Source: a virus
Lineage: Duplodnaviria; Caudoviricetes
Length of the DNA stretch: 64,000 nucleotides
Reading direction: 5' to 3' (one strand)
IMG/VR virus record: IMGVR_UViG_3300037471_001473
Span: 25,557-89,556 of that record
Below the pieces are notes generated by a model that worked only from the letters and a program-made list of their open reading frames with translations, did not search any database and was not told the origin of the DNA. Positions 53,321 through 62,097 of the stretch are shown here, in pieces (within the stretch, counting starts at the first letter, position 1; every line of letters starts with the position of its first letter). The translations under genes were made by a program, and so were the position numbers.

Positions 53321-54196
53321 GGAATGACCTTTTTGGAGATTGGGAACATTGTTGGAATTGCCTCGCGGCTTGTCAAGCAGTTTCGAGTTGATGCGTGCCA
53401 TCAGCGAATCGAAGGTGTGAAGGCCGTCGGCGAGGCCGACGTCCACGGCGGCCGCTCCGAAGAACTCCCGGCCCTGCGCCATCGTCTGGTCGGCCTTGGC
53501 CACCGTGACGCCTCGACGAGCCGCCACGTGGTCGACGAACACGGCGTAGGCCGAGTTCAACTGGTCCTGGATCTGCTTCTTCGCGACGTCGGACAGCGGC
53601 TCGACCTGGCTGGCCAGCGCCTTGTATTCGCCGGCACGAATCACGGTGACGCCGATGCCGGCCTCCTTCAGCGCCTTGCTGTACTCCATGTGCGTGGTGA
53701 TCACGCCGATGGAGCCCATGAGCGCAGTCTTGGAGGTGTGCACCTCACCGGCCGACGAGCCAAGCCAGTAGGCGGCCGAGGCCATGACGCTGTCTGTGAA
53801 GGCGTAGACCGGCTTCACGTGGTCGTGGATCTGGGTGATCAGCGAGCCGGTGTCGGCGAGACCGCTCACCGCACCGCCGCCTGAACTGATGTCCAGCAGG
53901 ATCGCCTTGGCCGCGGGGTCTGAAGCGGCATGGATCATGGCGGCGCGCACGTCGTTGTACGAGACCAGTCCACGGTACTGATTGGCCCAGTGGTCAGTGT
54001 TGACCAGCGATCCCTTGATCTCCACCACGCCCACATCACCGTGCAGCTTGTAATTCCACGGCGCCTCAGGCTGGGCCGGCGCCGTCGGCGAGGTGAACAC
54101 ACCCGCCATGACGTGGTTGTAGGCCTCCTGCGCCAGCTGCAGCGAGTGCTCGGTGCCGGCCCAGAGGACGTCGGGGAGCAGGACGGGTTTGGTCAT
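52721..54196 (-). CDS. S49 (SppA/ClpP-like) head maturation protease fused to scaffold
   Basis: ILLDISSGGG, MASAAYWLGS, MGSIGVI, RAGEYKA; start ATG 54196 with GAAGGA RBS. Confidence 0.92.
   Translation of the reverse strand: MTKPVLLPDVLWAGTEHSLQLAQEAYNHVMAGVFTSPTAPAQPEAPWNYKLHGDVGVVEIKGSLVNTDHWANQYRGLVSYNDVRAAMIHAASDPAAKAILLDISSGGGAVSGLADTGSLITQIHDHVKPVYAFTDSVMASAAYWLGSSAGEVHTSKTALMGSIGVITTHMEYSKALKEAGIGVTVIRAGEYKALASQVEPLSDVAKKQIQDQLNSAYAVFVDHVAARRGVTVAKADQTMAQGREFFGAAAVDVGLADGLHTFDSLMARINSKLLDKPRGNSNNVPNLQKGHSMTRPALTPEQMAAMAAAGVQPPAAAAAPATPAAAAAPAPTDVDPPAGSAPAAAAAPAAPAAPAAPAAAAAPAVPAPDALEVLRAQVREAQEQLMTARVDLKLANDKVASMEATFKPLAAIVAQGVSTMKIALGQAKADYSGMTPEALVAEHTATAKTFTDTFKVGGVANAPAAATAPKADANAEALRKERLALTMPATR
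53348..53376 (-). promoter_or_regulatory. Internal sigma70-type promoter within protease gene
   Basis: TTGACA-17 bp-AACAAT, 28 nt upstream of scaffold ATG. Confidence 0.65.
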
Positions 54197-54236
54197 TGCT
54201 TTTCCTTCAGATCTGTCAATCGTAACCGCTGGGGTG

Positions 54237-57200
54237 TCAGAGCACCAAACTCTCGTCGTCTTCCAGCGTTCGGAGTTTGCTGTCACCCAGGACAAGTGGC
54301 ATGCCTTCGTCGGCCGCACGTTCACGCCGGGAGCCATCGACCATCACGACCAAGGGCTTCAAGCCAATTCCCACCTCGCCCAGCGAAATCTCACGCAGGC
54401 CCCGCGGCGTCCAGATGACCGCACGCTTGCCCTTGCTCAGGTGGCCATGGGCATCAGCGGCGGCCGTGCAGCGGCCGTCAGCCTCCTGCACGACGGTGAA
54501 GCCGCTGGCCGCACCCGACGTGCCCGTGGCGGTGCCGGTGCCCTGGGCCAGAGCCTGCGCGTCAGCCGAGGCGTCCGCATGCGCATCCGCGGCGCCGGTG
54601 CCGAACAGCAGCGCCAGGAACTCGGTGAACGCCTGCGAAGTGCCGGCGGCCAAGCCGGCGGCCGAGGCCAACGTCGTCCAGCGGCCGTCCGCCGTAGCGC
54701 CAGCTGCAGCCTCACCAGCCGCGGTGGCGATGCGAATCGGCGAGCCGCTCGCGCTCGCGACGCCAGCGGCCGAGCCGGCGCTGGACACGATCGACGAGGA
54801 GGCGCCCGCCGCCGAGCCGACACCTGCAGCAGCACCCGTCAGCGGCGCGTCGGCGCGCAGCGCGCCGGACGCGGCGCTCGCACCCGAGCTCGTGCCCGTG
54901 GCGGCAGCGATGCCCAGGCCAACTGCAGCCGCGGCGCCCACACCCGCGGAGGCGCCCACGCCGTTGATCACCGTCAGCGGCGCGCCCGGCACGCCCAGCA
55001 CGTCAGCGCGCGCGGAGATGGTGCCGACGACACCCACCACGCTCGCGATGGCACCGTTGGCCGCCGCAGCGCCCGCCGCCGAACCTGCGGAGGCGACGAC
55101 GGAAGTCGCCGCGCCGCTCGCGCTGCCGGCGCCCGCCACCGTACCGGTCATCAGGCCGAAGCCGATGCCAGTGGCCTGCGCAGCTGCAGCGCCGCCGCTC
55201 GCGCCGGTCGTGGTGGCGCTGGCCGTCCACTGCGCGTTCGCGCTCGCACTGCCCGCGGCAGCACCCTGCGTGTTGAGGATGACGATCGAGACCGCGCTGG
55301 CGCTGGCCTGACCTTGCGCCGCGCCAGCCTGCGAGTTGCGCAGCGCCGAGCCGGCCTGCGCCGAGGCGCCGGCGGCCGCGGTGCCGCTGCTTGGCGTCGT
55401 GGTCGAGAAGACCGCGGCCGCGCTCGACGTGCCAGCGGCCGTGCCGGCGACGGCGATCGTTCGCGCGCTGACCGCGGCCGCGCTCGACGTGCCCGCGGCC
55501 GTGCCGCGCTGAGCGCTGGTCGACGCGCCGACGGCCGCCGATTCGTAGGACGAACTGCTGGCGAAACCGTCTCCGCCGACGATTGCGTTGCCGTCGCCCA
55601 CCGCCGAGGCTTGGGCGGTAGCGATACCCGAGGAGGGCTGGATGCCGGGCGTGACGCCGAAGGCGTGGCCCTGGCCAGCCGCCAGGCCGTCAGCAGTCGC
55701 CAACGAGGTCTGTGCCGCCAGAGCGCTGGACGTGCCCAGCGCGGTGCCAGCGCCTTGCGCCGTCGTGACAACGACCGCGCTGGCGGCGGTCAGGCTCGTC
55801 GCCGTGCCGACCATGCGCGCGTCGGCGCGCAGCACGCCGGTGGCGGTGGCCAAGGCGACCGCGGTGCCGACCGACTGCACACGACCGGAGCCTTGGGCGC
55901 TCACCGTCGCGCGGCCGGCGGCCGTGCCGGTGGTGTTCGTCGTATTCAGCGCCGACGGGTCGCGGCGGAAGTGAACGGTCTGCCGCGCGTCGCGGGGCCG
56001 GCCCAGAATCTCGGCATTGCGCTGGGCGAAGATCGCCAGGCCCACACCCTGCGCGCCCGAGGACGCCGAGGCGGCGCCGACCAGCGCGCGGTACAGGATG
56101 ATCGGCGCGCTCGCGCTCGAAGTGCCCGCCGCCAAGCCGGTGCCCGTGGCCGACAGCGACTCGCCGTGACGCATGTGCAGCCGCACGCCGATCGGGCGTG
56201 GCCGGCCAAGCACTTCGGCTCTGTACTGGCTCGGGGCAAGCACGTTGCTGACCGCGCTCGCGCTGGCGTGACCCTGTGCCGATCCAGTCGCCGTCGTGGC
56301 AATCGAACCGTCACGCCGCCACAGGCGGTGATAAGTCACGGTGCGCGCATCGAACGGGATGCCCAGCACCTCCCTGTTGAGCACGACCGAGCTCGGCGAG
56401 AAGCCGAGAGCCAGAGCATTCGACAGCGCGATGGAAGTGCCGGTGGCGGCGCGCGTCGACGCGCCGTCGCCGGCCCCCGACGCAACGCCGGCAGCTGCAC
56501 CAGTGCCCACACGCAAGGCAAGTCCGACCGCTGCCGCGGTGGCGGCGCCGGCGGCGCTGCCCGCGCGCGACTGCGTGGTGGCATTGGCCGCGCTCGCGCT
56601 GGAGGTGCCCGCGGCGCTACCCGCGGCCGTGGCCGTCGACGCGCCGACGGCCAGCGGAGAAGCCTGGCCAGGAGCCCAACCCGTGCCGGTCGAGATCGAG
56701 ACGATGACCGTGCTGTCGCGGCGGCGATAGAACGGGGCCACGGAACGGTGGCCGGTGATCTTGTCCTGCTGCAGCACGCCCGGCTTGAGGGCGCCGGCGC
56801 CGCTGGCGCTGGACGTGCCGCTGGCCAGGCCTGCCCAGGCTCCGCTCGAACCGTTGACGGCGCTGGCCGTCGCGGCACCGGACGCAGAGCCTGCAGCAGC
56901 AAACGTCGCCGCGCCGGCGCCGCTCGCCGCCGCGCTGCCCGAGCTCGTGCCGGCGGCTGCCGCAGTGGACCGGCCCACGCCTGCAGCTGCACCTGCACCG
57001 CCTGCAGTACCGGTCGCGGCCTGCATGCCCGCCGTGGCGCCAGACGCGCTCGACGAGCCCGCCGAAGCACCCTGCGCCAGCGCGTCGGCGCGCAGTGCAC
57101 CGCTGGCGGTGGCCAGGCCGGTAGAGGTCGCGACGGCTGCCGCGGTCGCGGCAAACGTGCCGGCCGCGGCGCCCGCGCCGGCAGCGGAGCCAGAGGTCAG

Positions 57201-58559
57201 CTTGAAGGCGATCGAGACAGCGCTGGCCGATGCAGCACCAGTCGCCGAGCCCGCGCCGCTGCCGGTGGCTGCCAGGATGCTGTCGTCGTGACGGCGGTAC
57301 AGCAGCGTGCGGTCACGATGGCCGGTGATCCTGTCGACCTTGACCTTACCAGGCTTGAGCGCACCGGCGCCCGCCGCGCTGGCCGCGCCCGACGCCGTAC
57401 CGGAGGAAGCAAACGTCGACGCGCCGACGGCGCTGCCAGAGCTCGTCCCCAGCGCAGTGCCGGCTGCGTTGCCAGCCCCGGAGCCCACAGCCGAAGCGCT
57501 GGCCGAACCCGCAGAGGTACCCACGGCCACCGCGACTGCCGAGAAGACACCCGCGGCCGTGGCCACGCCGGCGGCCGAGCCGTCACCCGTGCCCGTGCTG
57601 GAGGTGACGATGACGCTGTTGTCCCGCCGGCGGTAGAACAGCTGCTGGTTGCGGAAGCCGGTGACCGTCTTGCGGTCGATCACGCCGTCGGCCAGGCGGC
57701 CCACGCCGCTCGCACTGCCAGCGCCTGCCGACGTGCCCGTGGCAGTGGTAGGCACAGCGGGGGCCACACCGCTGGCCGAGCTCGTGCCGCTCACCGAGCC
57801 GGCGGCAGCAACCACCGAAGCACCCACGCCCGAAGCCGCGGCCGCGCCTGCAGACGAACCGTCGCCGGTGACGATCGACTTGAACGAGACCGTCTCAGCA
57901 AACTGGATGAACGACGCCGGGTTGGTGACCGTCGCGTTTTCCGTCGTGCTGGTCGTGTCCCCGTTGTACGCCATCGCCCCCGTGTAGTTGGAGGCCATGG
58001 ACATCGTCGCGCGCACCCAGAGCTCGACGATGATGACGTCGCCGTCCTGGTAGCTCACCGCGCTCGACGTGATGCCGGTCAAGCTGGTGACCTGGTAAGC
58101 GTTCGTCGAGCCGGGCTCGTTGGTGGCGGCGCTGCCGCTCACGCCCGACGTGTTGAAGTCGCGGATCGTTCCGACCTTGGCGTTGGTCGACGGCCGCCAC
58201 ACATAGGCGTTGATGCCGTTGACCCAGCCGTTGGCGTTCGCGTTGGACTCCTGGTCCGTCACGAACAGCGTCATCGAGCCGCCGCCGATGGTGCCGCTGC
58301 CGGCCAGCGGCGCGGAACGCCACGCGCCGACGAACACGTCCTGCTGCGAGGTCGTGCTGCCGTAGGTCCAGCTGATGCTGCTGAAGGACGCCTGACCGCT
58401 GTTGGTCAGCGTCAGGTCCTTGAGCGGCGTGAACGCGCCGCCCACGTAGCCGCTGGCCGCGGTCTGCGTGGCGCCCGACTGCTCAGCGGTAGGGAAGGTC
58501 CCGCTGAACAGGTTCGAGTCGATGACCCCGTTGGGCCGCAGGAACAGCTGGGTGGCCAT
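54237..58559 (-). CDS. 1440-aa Ala/Gly/Ser/Thr-repeat fibre-like virion protein
   Basis: About 230-aa non-repetitive N-term, long G.AAG.S.A.G quasi-repeat shaft, Arg-rich inserts, short charged C-term. Confidence 0.75.
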   Translation of the reverse strand: MATQLFLRPNGVIDSNLFSGTFPTAEQSGATQTAASGYVGGAFTPLKDLTLTNSGQASFSSISWTYGSTTSQQDVFVGAWRSAPLAGSGTIGGGSMTLFVTDQESNANANGWVNGINAYVWRPSTNAKVGTIRDFNTSGVSGSAATNEPGSTNAYQVTSLTGITSSAVSYQDGDVIIVELWVRATMSMASNYTGAMAYNGDTTSTTENATVTNPASFIQFAETVSFKSIVTGDGSSAGAAAASGVGASVVAAAGSVSGTSSASGVAPAVPTTATGTSAGAGSASGVGRLADGVIDRKTVTGFRNQQLFYRRRDNSVIVTSSTGTGDGSAAGVATAAGVFSAVAVAVGTSAGSASASAVGSGAGNAAGTALGTSSGSAVGASTFASSGTASGAASAAGAGALKPGKVKVDRITGHRDRTLLYRRHDDSILAATGSGAGSATGAASASAVSIAFKLTSGSAAGAGAAAGTFAATAAAVATSTGLATASGALRADALAQGASAGSSSASGATAGMQAATGTAGGAGAAAGVGRSTAAAAGTSSGSAAASGAGAATFAAAGSASGAATASAVNGSSGAWAGLASGTSSASGAGALKPGVLQQDKITGHRSVAPFYRRRDSTVIVSISTGTGWAPGQASPLAVGASTATAAGSAAGTSSASAANATTQSRAGSAAGAATAAAVGLALRVGTGAAAGVASGAGDGASTRAATGTSIALSNALALGFSPSSVVLNREVLGIPFDARTVTYHRLWRRDGSIATTATGSAQGHASASAVSNVLAPSQYRAEVLGRPRPIGVRLHMRHGESLSATGTGLAAGTSSASAPIILYRALVGAASASSGAQGVGLAIFAQRNAEILGRPRDARQTVHFRRDPSALNTTNTTGTAAGRATVSAQGSGRVQSVGTAVALATATGVLRADARMVGTATSLTAASAVVVTTAQGAGTALGTSSALAAQTSLATADGLAAGQGHAFGVTPGIQPSSGIATAQASAVGDGNAIVGGDGFASSSSYESAAVGASTSAQRGTAAGTSSAAAVSARTIAVAGTAAGTSSAAAVFSTTTPSSGTAAAGASAQAGSALRNSQAGAAQGQASASAVSIVILNTQGAAAGSASANAQWTASATTTGASGGAAAAQATGIGFGLMTGTVAGAGSASGAATSVVASAGSAAGAAAANGAIASVVGVVGTISARADVLGVPGAPLTVINGVGASAGVGAAAAVGLGIAAATGTSSGASAASGALRADAPLTGAAAGVGSAAGASSSIVSSAGSAAGVASASGSPIRIATAAGEAAAGATADGRWTTLASAAGLAAGTSQAFTEFLALLFGTGAADAHADASADAQALAQGTGTATGTSGAASGFTVVQEADGRCTAAADAHGHLSKGKRAVIWTPRGLREISLGEVGIGLKPLVVMVDGSRRERAADEGMPLVLGDSKLRTLEDDESLVL

Positions 58560-58564
58560 CTATG

Positions 58565-58792
58565 TCACCCCGCGCGCGGCAGTTCGGTGAAGGTCAGAAC
58601 GTCGCAGCCCTTGAGCTCGGGCGTGACCGGGCAGTCAAGGTCGGGCTTGGGGCCTGCCACGCCTTCCCAGCACTTGCCGCATTGCGTGCACGTGCCGTGC
58701 ACTTCCCACCGGCGACCATCGTCTCGCACGTAGCGGACGTAGCCTTCCCTGATCTCCTCGATCATCACAGAGGAGTCGCAGGTAGGCAGCAT
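58565..58792 (-). CDS. Small Cys-rich protein (CxxCxxC)
   Basis: CTQCGKCW...DCP...GC; fills gap in operon. Confidence 0.65.
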   Translation of the reverse strand: MLPTCDSSVMIEEIREGYVRYVRDDGRRWEVHGTCTQCGKCWEGVAGPKPDLDCPVTPELKGCDVLTFTELPRAG

Positions 58793-58796
58793 GGTG

Positions 58797-60755
58797 TCAG
58801 ACCTTCAGGACGACGAGACCGTCGGTGTTCCAGAGCCGCGTGACGCCGAGCACTCGACCGTCGTTCTGGCTGGTGGTGCCGCCATCATAGTCGTTGTGGG
58901 CATCATCGGTGCCCAGGATCGCCTTCACGCCCAGCGTCGTCAGATCGACTTCGGCCTGCAGCCGGTGGTAGCCCTTGGGGTTGGTGACCGTGAATGCCTT
59001 CCGGCCCGTCGGGCCCTGCCACTCGATGTAGGTCGATTGCACATCGGCGATGGTGTACGTGCCATCGACGTCCACGATCGCATCGAAGGTGAACTTGTCA
59101 CCGGCCACGAACGGCGTGGCGCCGGCCGTGATCTTGAAGGCGACGATGCTGTTGTTGTAGCTCACGCCGACCGTGGCATTGGCCTTCGTGCCGGAAACCG
59201 CGCCCACCACGGTGAACGTGGTGCTGCTGGTGGCCGTCAGCGTCCACGTCTCGCTTTGCGCGACCTTGCCGCCGAAACCCGCCGCACTGGCAAAGGTGGG
59301 GGTCGAGCAGGTTCCGTTGCCGGTGCCTGTGCGAACCGGGACCGTGCAGAACCAGCACTCACGCACCTGCGTCTTGTCGCCGATGGCGGCGCCGTGCGGC
59401 ACGGTGCTCCAGCGCGACCACGTCAGGCGCACGCGGCCCGTGCTGTTGCTGCGGGTCAAGGTGTGCGTGGCGTAGGCGCCGTTCATCGGGCGCGTCTTGT
59501 TGTCGCTGGGGTTCGCGATCACCCAGCCGTTTTCATACTCGCGCGCGTACAGGCCGGTGCCTGCCCAGATCCCCGTGGTGCGCGGCCCACTCTGCGGCGG
59601 ATCGACAGGCTCACCGATCATCGCGTCGAACTCGTTGAGCCAGGGGATGGTGTCGAAGGTGGTCGAGCCCGCCGGGTAGTAGAAGCCGGGGTCGGCCTTG
59701 ATGATCGGCGTCGCGTTCTGCAGATGCGACACCGCGATGGTGTAGCGGGACTTCTGCAGGAAGTCGTTGAAGTTGTAGGGGTCAGGGTAGGCGAGCACGA
59801 GGCACGTGCCGCCGGCCTTGACGTTCGCCATGTGCTGCTTGAGGACGTAGTAGATCCCCTCGCTGCCCGTGTCGAACATGTTGAACTTGTCGACCGAGTA
59901 TTCACGGCCGACGAACGCCTCGCACATGGCGATGTCGACCTGATTGGTCAGTTCGGACCAAGAGAGCGAGCTCTTGTAGCTGTACTTGTCGAAGTCGGTG
60001 TTGGCCGCGACCACGCAGCCCGGCATCAGCGAGCGTGCCTTCGTCACCGCATCCTGGTTGCCGAGCCGGAAGGCGACGCCGTGGGCGGGGTCGAGGGTGT
60101 TGTCGTTCGTGCCGTCCAGGTTGTAGTCGCCGGCGATGTCCGTGCCGAGGTTGTTGTCGGCGTCTTGCCAGGCGTGACCCCAGAAGTTGTCGAAGAACGG
60201 GCCATCCACGGCACCGTTCAGGAACAGGGGCTTCAGGCGCAGGTCGTAGTTCGCCTTCACGATGGCCGCGGCCGCCCTGTCACCTGCAGCATTCGGCGCC
60301 GGCGCGCGAGTGATGTTGACCTCGTAGGCGGCGTAGCCCGTCTGTGCTCGGGTCTTGGTGGTCGTGTTGGCCACGAAGGCCCAATACGGGTTCGCGCCCG
60401 TGCCGTCGGGCCCACCGTTGACGATCCCGGTCTGCGTCGAATACTCCGCACCCGACGTGTACATCTGGGTGTAGATGACGTACTGCAGGATCGTGATCGA
60501 GCGGCCGTCCGCCGCGGCCGCGGCCTTCACCGCGAGGTTGTGGTTGTAGCCGATGCCACCGACCAAGCAGTGGGAGTTCAACCAGCCGCGCAGCAGGATG
60601 TCGAAGCGGGACTGGTTCGCCACCGACGAGCCGCCGGTGGTGGTGAAGCCGTAGTCCATCGCCGCCTTGCGCACCTTGCGGTAGACGGTCGGAGGCACCG
60701 GCGCCGAGCCCTTGGGCTTGCGGCCCCGGACAGGGGCCATCGTGAACAGGGCCAT
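58797..60755 (-). CDS. Putative glycoside hydrolase (GHL15/GH114/GH166-like TIM barrel), candidate virion depolymerase
   Basis: VDGPFFDN, AMCEAF, LYAREYENGWVIANPS, and C-term ILGTDDAHN...DGLVVLK pattern. Confidence 0.6.
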   Translation of the reverse strand: MALFTMAPVRGRKPKGSAPVPPTVYRKVRKAAMDYGFTTTGGSSVANQSRFDILLRGWLNSHCLVGGIGYNHNLAVKAAAAADGRSITILQYVIYTQMYTSGAEYSTQTGIVNGGPDGTGANPYWAFVANTTTKTRAQTGYAAYEVNITRAPAPNAAGDRAAAAIVKANYDLRLKPLFLNGAVDGPFFDNFWGHAWQDADNNLGTDIAGDYNLDGTNDNTLDPAHGVAFRLGNQDAVTKARSLMPGCVVAANTDFDKYSYKSSLSWSELTNQVDIAMCEAFVGREYSVDKFNMFDTGSEGIYYVLKQHMANVKAGGTCLVLAYPDPYNFNDFLQKSRYTIAVSHLQNATPIIKADPGFYYPAGSTTFDTIPWLNEFDAMIGEPVDPPQSGPRTTGIWAGTGLYAREYENGWVIANPSDNKTRPMNGAYATHTLTRSNSTGRVRLTWSRWSTVPHGAAIGDKTQVRECWFCTVPVRTGTGNGTCSTPTFASAAGFGGKVAQSETWTLTATSSTTFTVVGAVSGTKANATVGVSYNNSIVAFKITAGATPFVAGDKFTFDAIVDVDGTYTIADVQSTYIEWQGPTGRKAFTVTNPKGYHRLQAEVDLTTLGVKAILGTDDAHNDYDGGTTSQNDGRVLGVTRLWNTDGLVVLKV

Positions 60756-60767
60756 GGCTCCCCCCGG

Positions 60768-61691
60768 TCAGCGCTTGATGTTGAGGCTGGCCGACAGCAG
60801 CTGCAACGTTTCGCCGGTCGCGATGTTGTTGGATGCGCTGTTGAAGTACAGCGTGTTGGCGATGTTCAAGCCGGTGATGAGCACCTGGTTCGCTTCAGCT
60901 TCCGACTGCCGGGAGAGCGTGCTGTTGGCCAGCATCGTGGACGAGCTCAGCACCGTGAACTCGATGTCGATGCGCGCCACCAGGTTGTTCGCCGCGGTGG
61001 GGCTCACGTTGACCAGGCTGGTGTCGCTGGTCGTGTTCGCGTTGCCGAACTTCGGGATGATGGACCACGCGCCCGTGCCGCCGGTCTTGCGATACAGAGT
61101 ACGGACCTCGAACCGCATGCCGACCTTGAGCAGGCCGCCGGGAATCGTCAGCGTGCTGCCCGACATGAGCGTCGAGGTGCTGACCAGGCCCGAGAGCGAA
61201 GCGACCGGCGTGGTGGGATTGCCCATCCGCGAGTCCATGTCGAACGCACCCATCGGCATCCAGAAACCGGAGCCGGTGGCGCCCACGAACTCGAAGGTGT
61301 GGCCCAGGTTGCCCAGGTCGGTGCCGAGCACCACCAGGCGGCCGACGTCGGTGACGAAGCGCCGATCGCCAGGCGCCACCAGCGTGTTGGCCGGCAGCGT
61401 CGCGACGGTGCAGTTGATCACCTCGCCGGCATTCACCGCGCCGGTCATGCCGTTGAAGCGGCCCTGCGTGTCGTAGTTGTAGGTCTTGACCAGCGAGCCC
61501 GAGGTCTCGGTGTTCGGCGTACCGTCAGCGTTGTACGCCAGCGCCCACGGGAAGCCGTTGGTGGTGTAGGTCGCGACCGTGCTGTCGGTGTTGTAGGTCG
61601 GGTTCGTGATGTCCGAGCCAGACGCACCGACGAGTTCGCCCCACGACTGGATCACCCCTTGGGTGATCTCACGGTTGACGGTTTTGGCCAT
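60768..61691 (-). CDS. Beta-rich structural/fibre-like protein
   Basis: Thr/Ser/Asn-rich; YD-like TYNYDTQGR segment. Confidence 0.6.
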   Translation of the reverse strand: MAKTVNREITQGVIQSWGELVGASGSDITNPTYNTDSTVATYTTNGFPWALAYNADGTPNTETSGSLVKTYNYDTQGRFNGMTGAVNAGEVINCTVATLPANTLVAPGDRRFVTDVGRLVVLGTDLGNLGHTFEFVGATGSGFWMPMGAFDMDSRMGNPTTPVASLSGLVSTSTLMSGSTLTIPGGLLKVGMRFEVRTLYRKTGGTGAWSIIPKFGNANTTSDTSLVNVSPTAANNLVARIDIEFTVLSSSTMLANSTLSRQSEAEANQVLITGLNIANTLYFNSASNNIATGETLQLLSASLNIKR

Positions 61692-61694
61692 TGA

Positions 61695-62051
61695 TCACCC
61701 CGCGGTCACGCGCACCGTCAGCGACACGCCGGTGCCCGAGAGGGTCGTCGTGTTGAAGCGGTACTGGTCCCAAGCCCGGTACATCTCGAACGAGTCGTTG
61801 GGCGACGCGCTGGAGAGCGTGACCGTGGCGGCGTTGACCCAGGAGCCGGTGCCGTTGCGGACCTCGACCGCGCACACCGCGCTCGCGCCGGTCCCCGCCA
61901 GGTCGAACTCGAAGTTGCACTGCCCGAGGGGCTTGTCCTCGGAGGTCTTGTTCGTGCCCCCCTGGGTGCCACCGGGCGTGTTGTCGGTGGTGTTCCAGGT
62001 CGTCCCGGTGGACGAGATGGTGTGCACGAAGTTGTACTTGGTCCACGGCAT
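61695..62051 (-). CDS. Small beta-sandwich-like structural protein
   Basis: 118 aa Thr/Gly-rich alternating pattern. Confidence 0.6.
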   Translation of the reverse strand: MPWTKYNFVHTISSTGTTWNTTDNTPGGTQGGTNKTSEDKPLGQCNFEFDLAGTGASAVCAVEVRNGTGSWVNAATVTLSSASPNDSFEMYRAWDQYRFNTTTLSGTGVSLTVRVTAG

Positions 62052-62097
62052 AGCCGACTCCTGGTTCTGTTGCTGACCTTCCTACCGTGAGGAAGTG

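Noticed and set aside
54237-58559. Ice-nucleation protein or CRISPR-like array suggested by the repetitive DNA
   Set aside because: No AGYGSTxT octamer periodicity and no identical direct repeats with unique spacers; the repeats are degenerate coding repeats.
34843-58733. Very long + strand ORFs (34843-38607, 40878-46403, 54153-58733, 58791-61694) opposite structural genes
   Set aside because: Same shadow effect; Arg/Gly/Ala-rich nonsense composition, while the - strand carries recognisable phage proteins.
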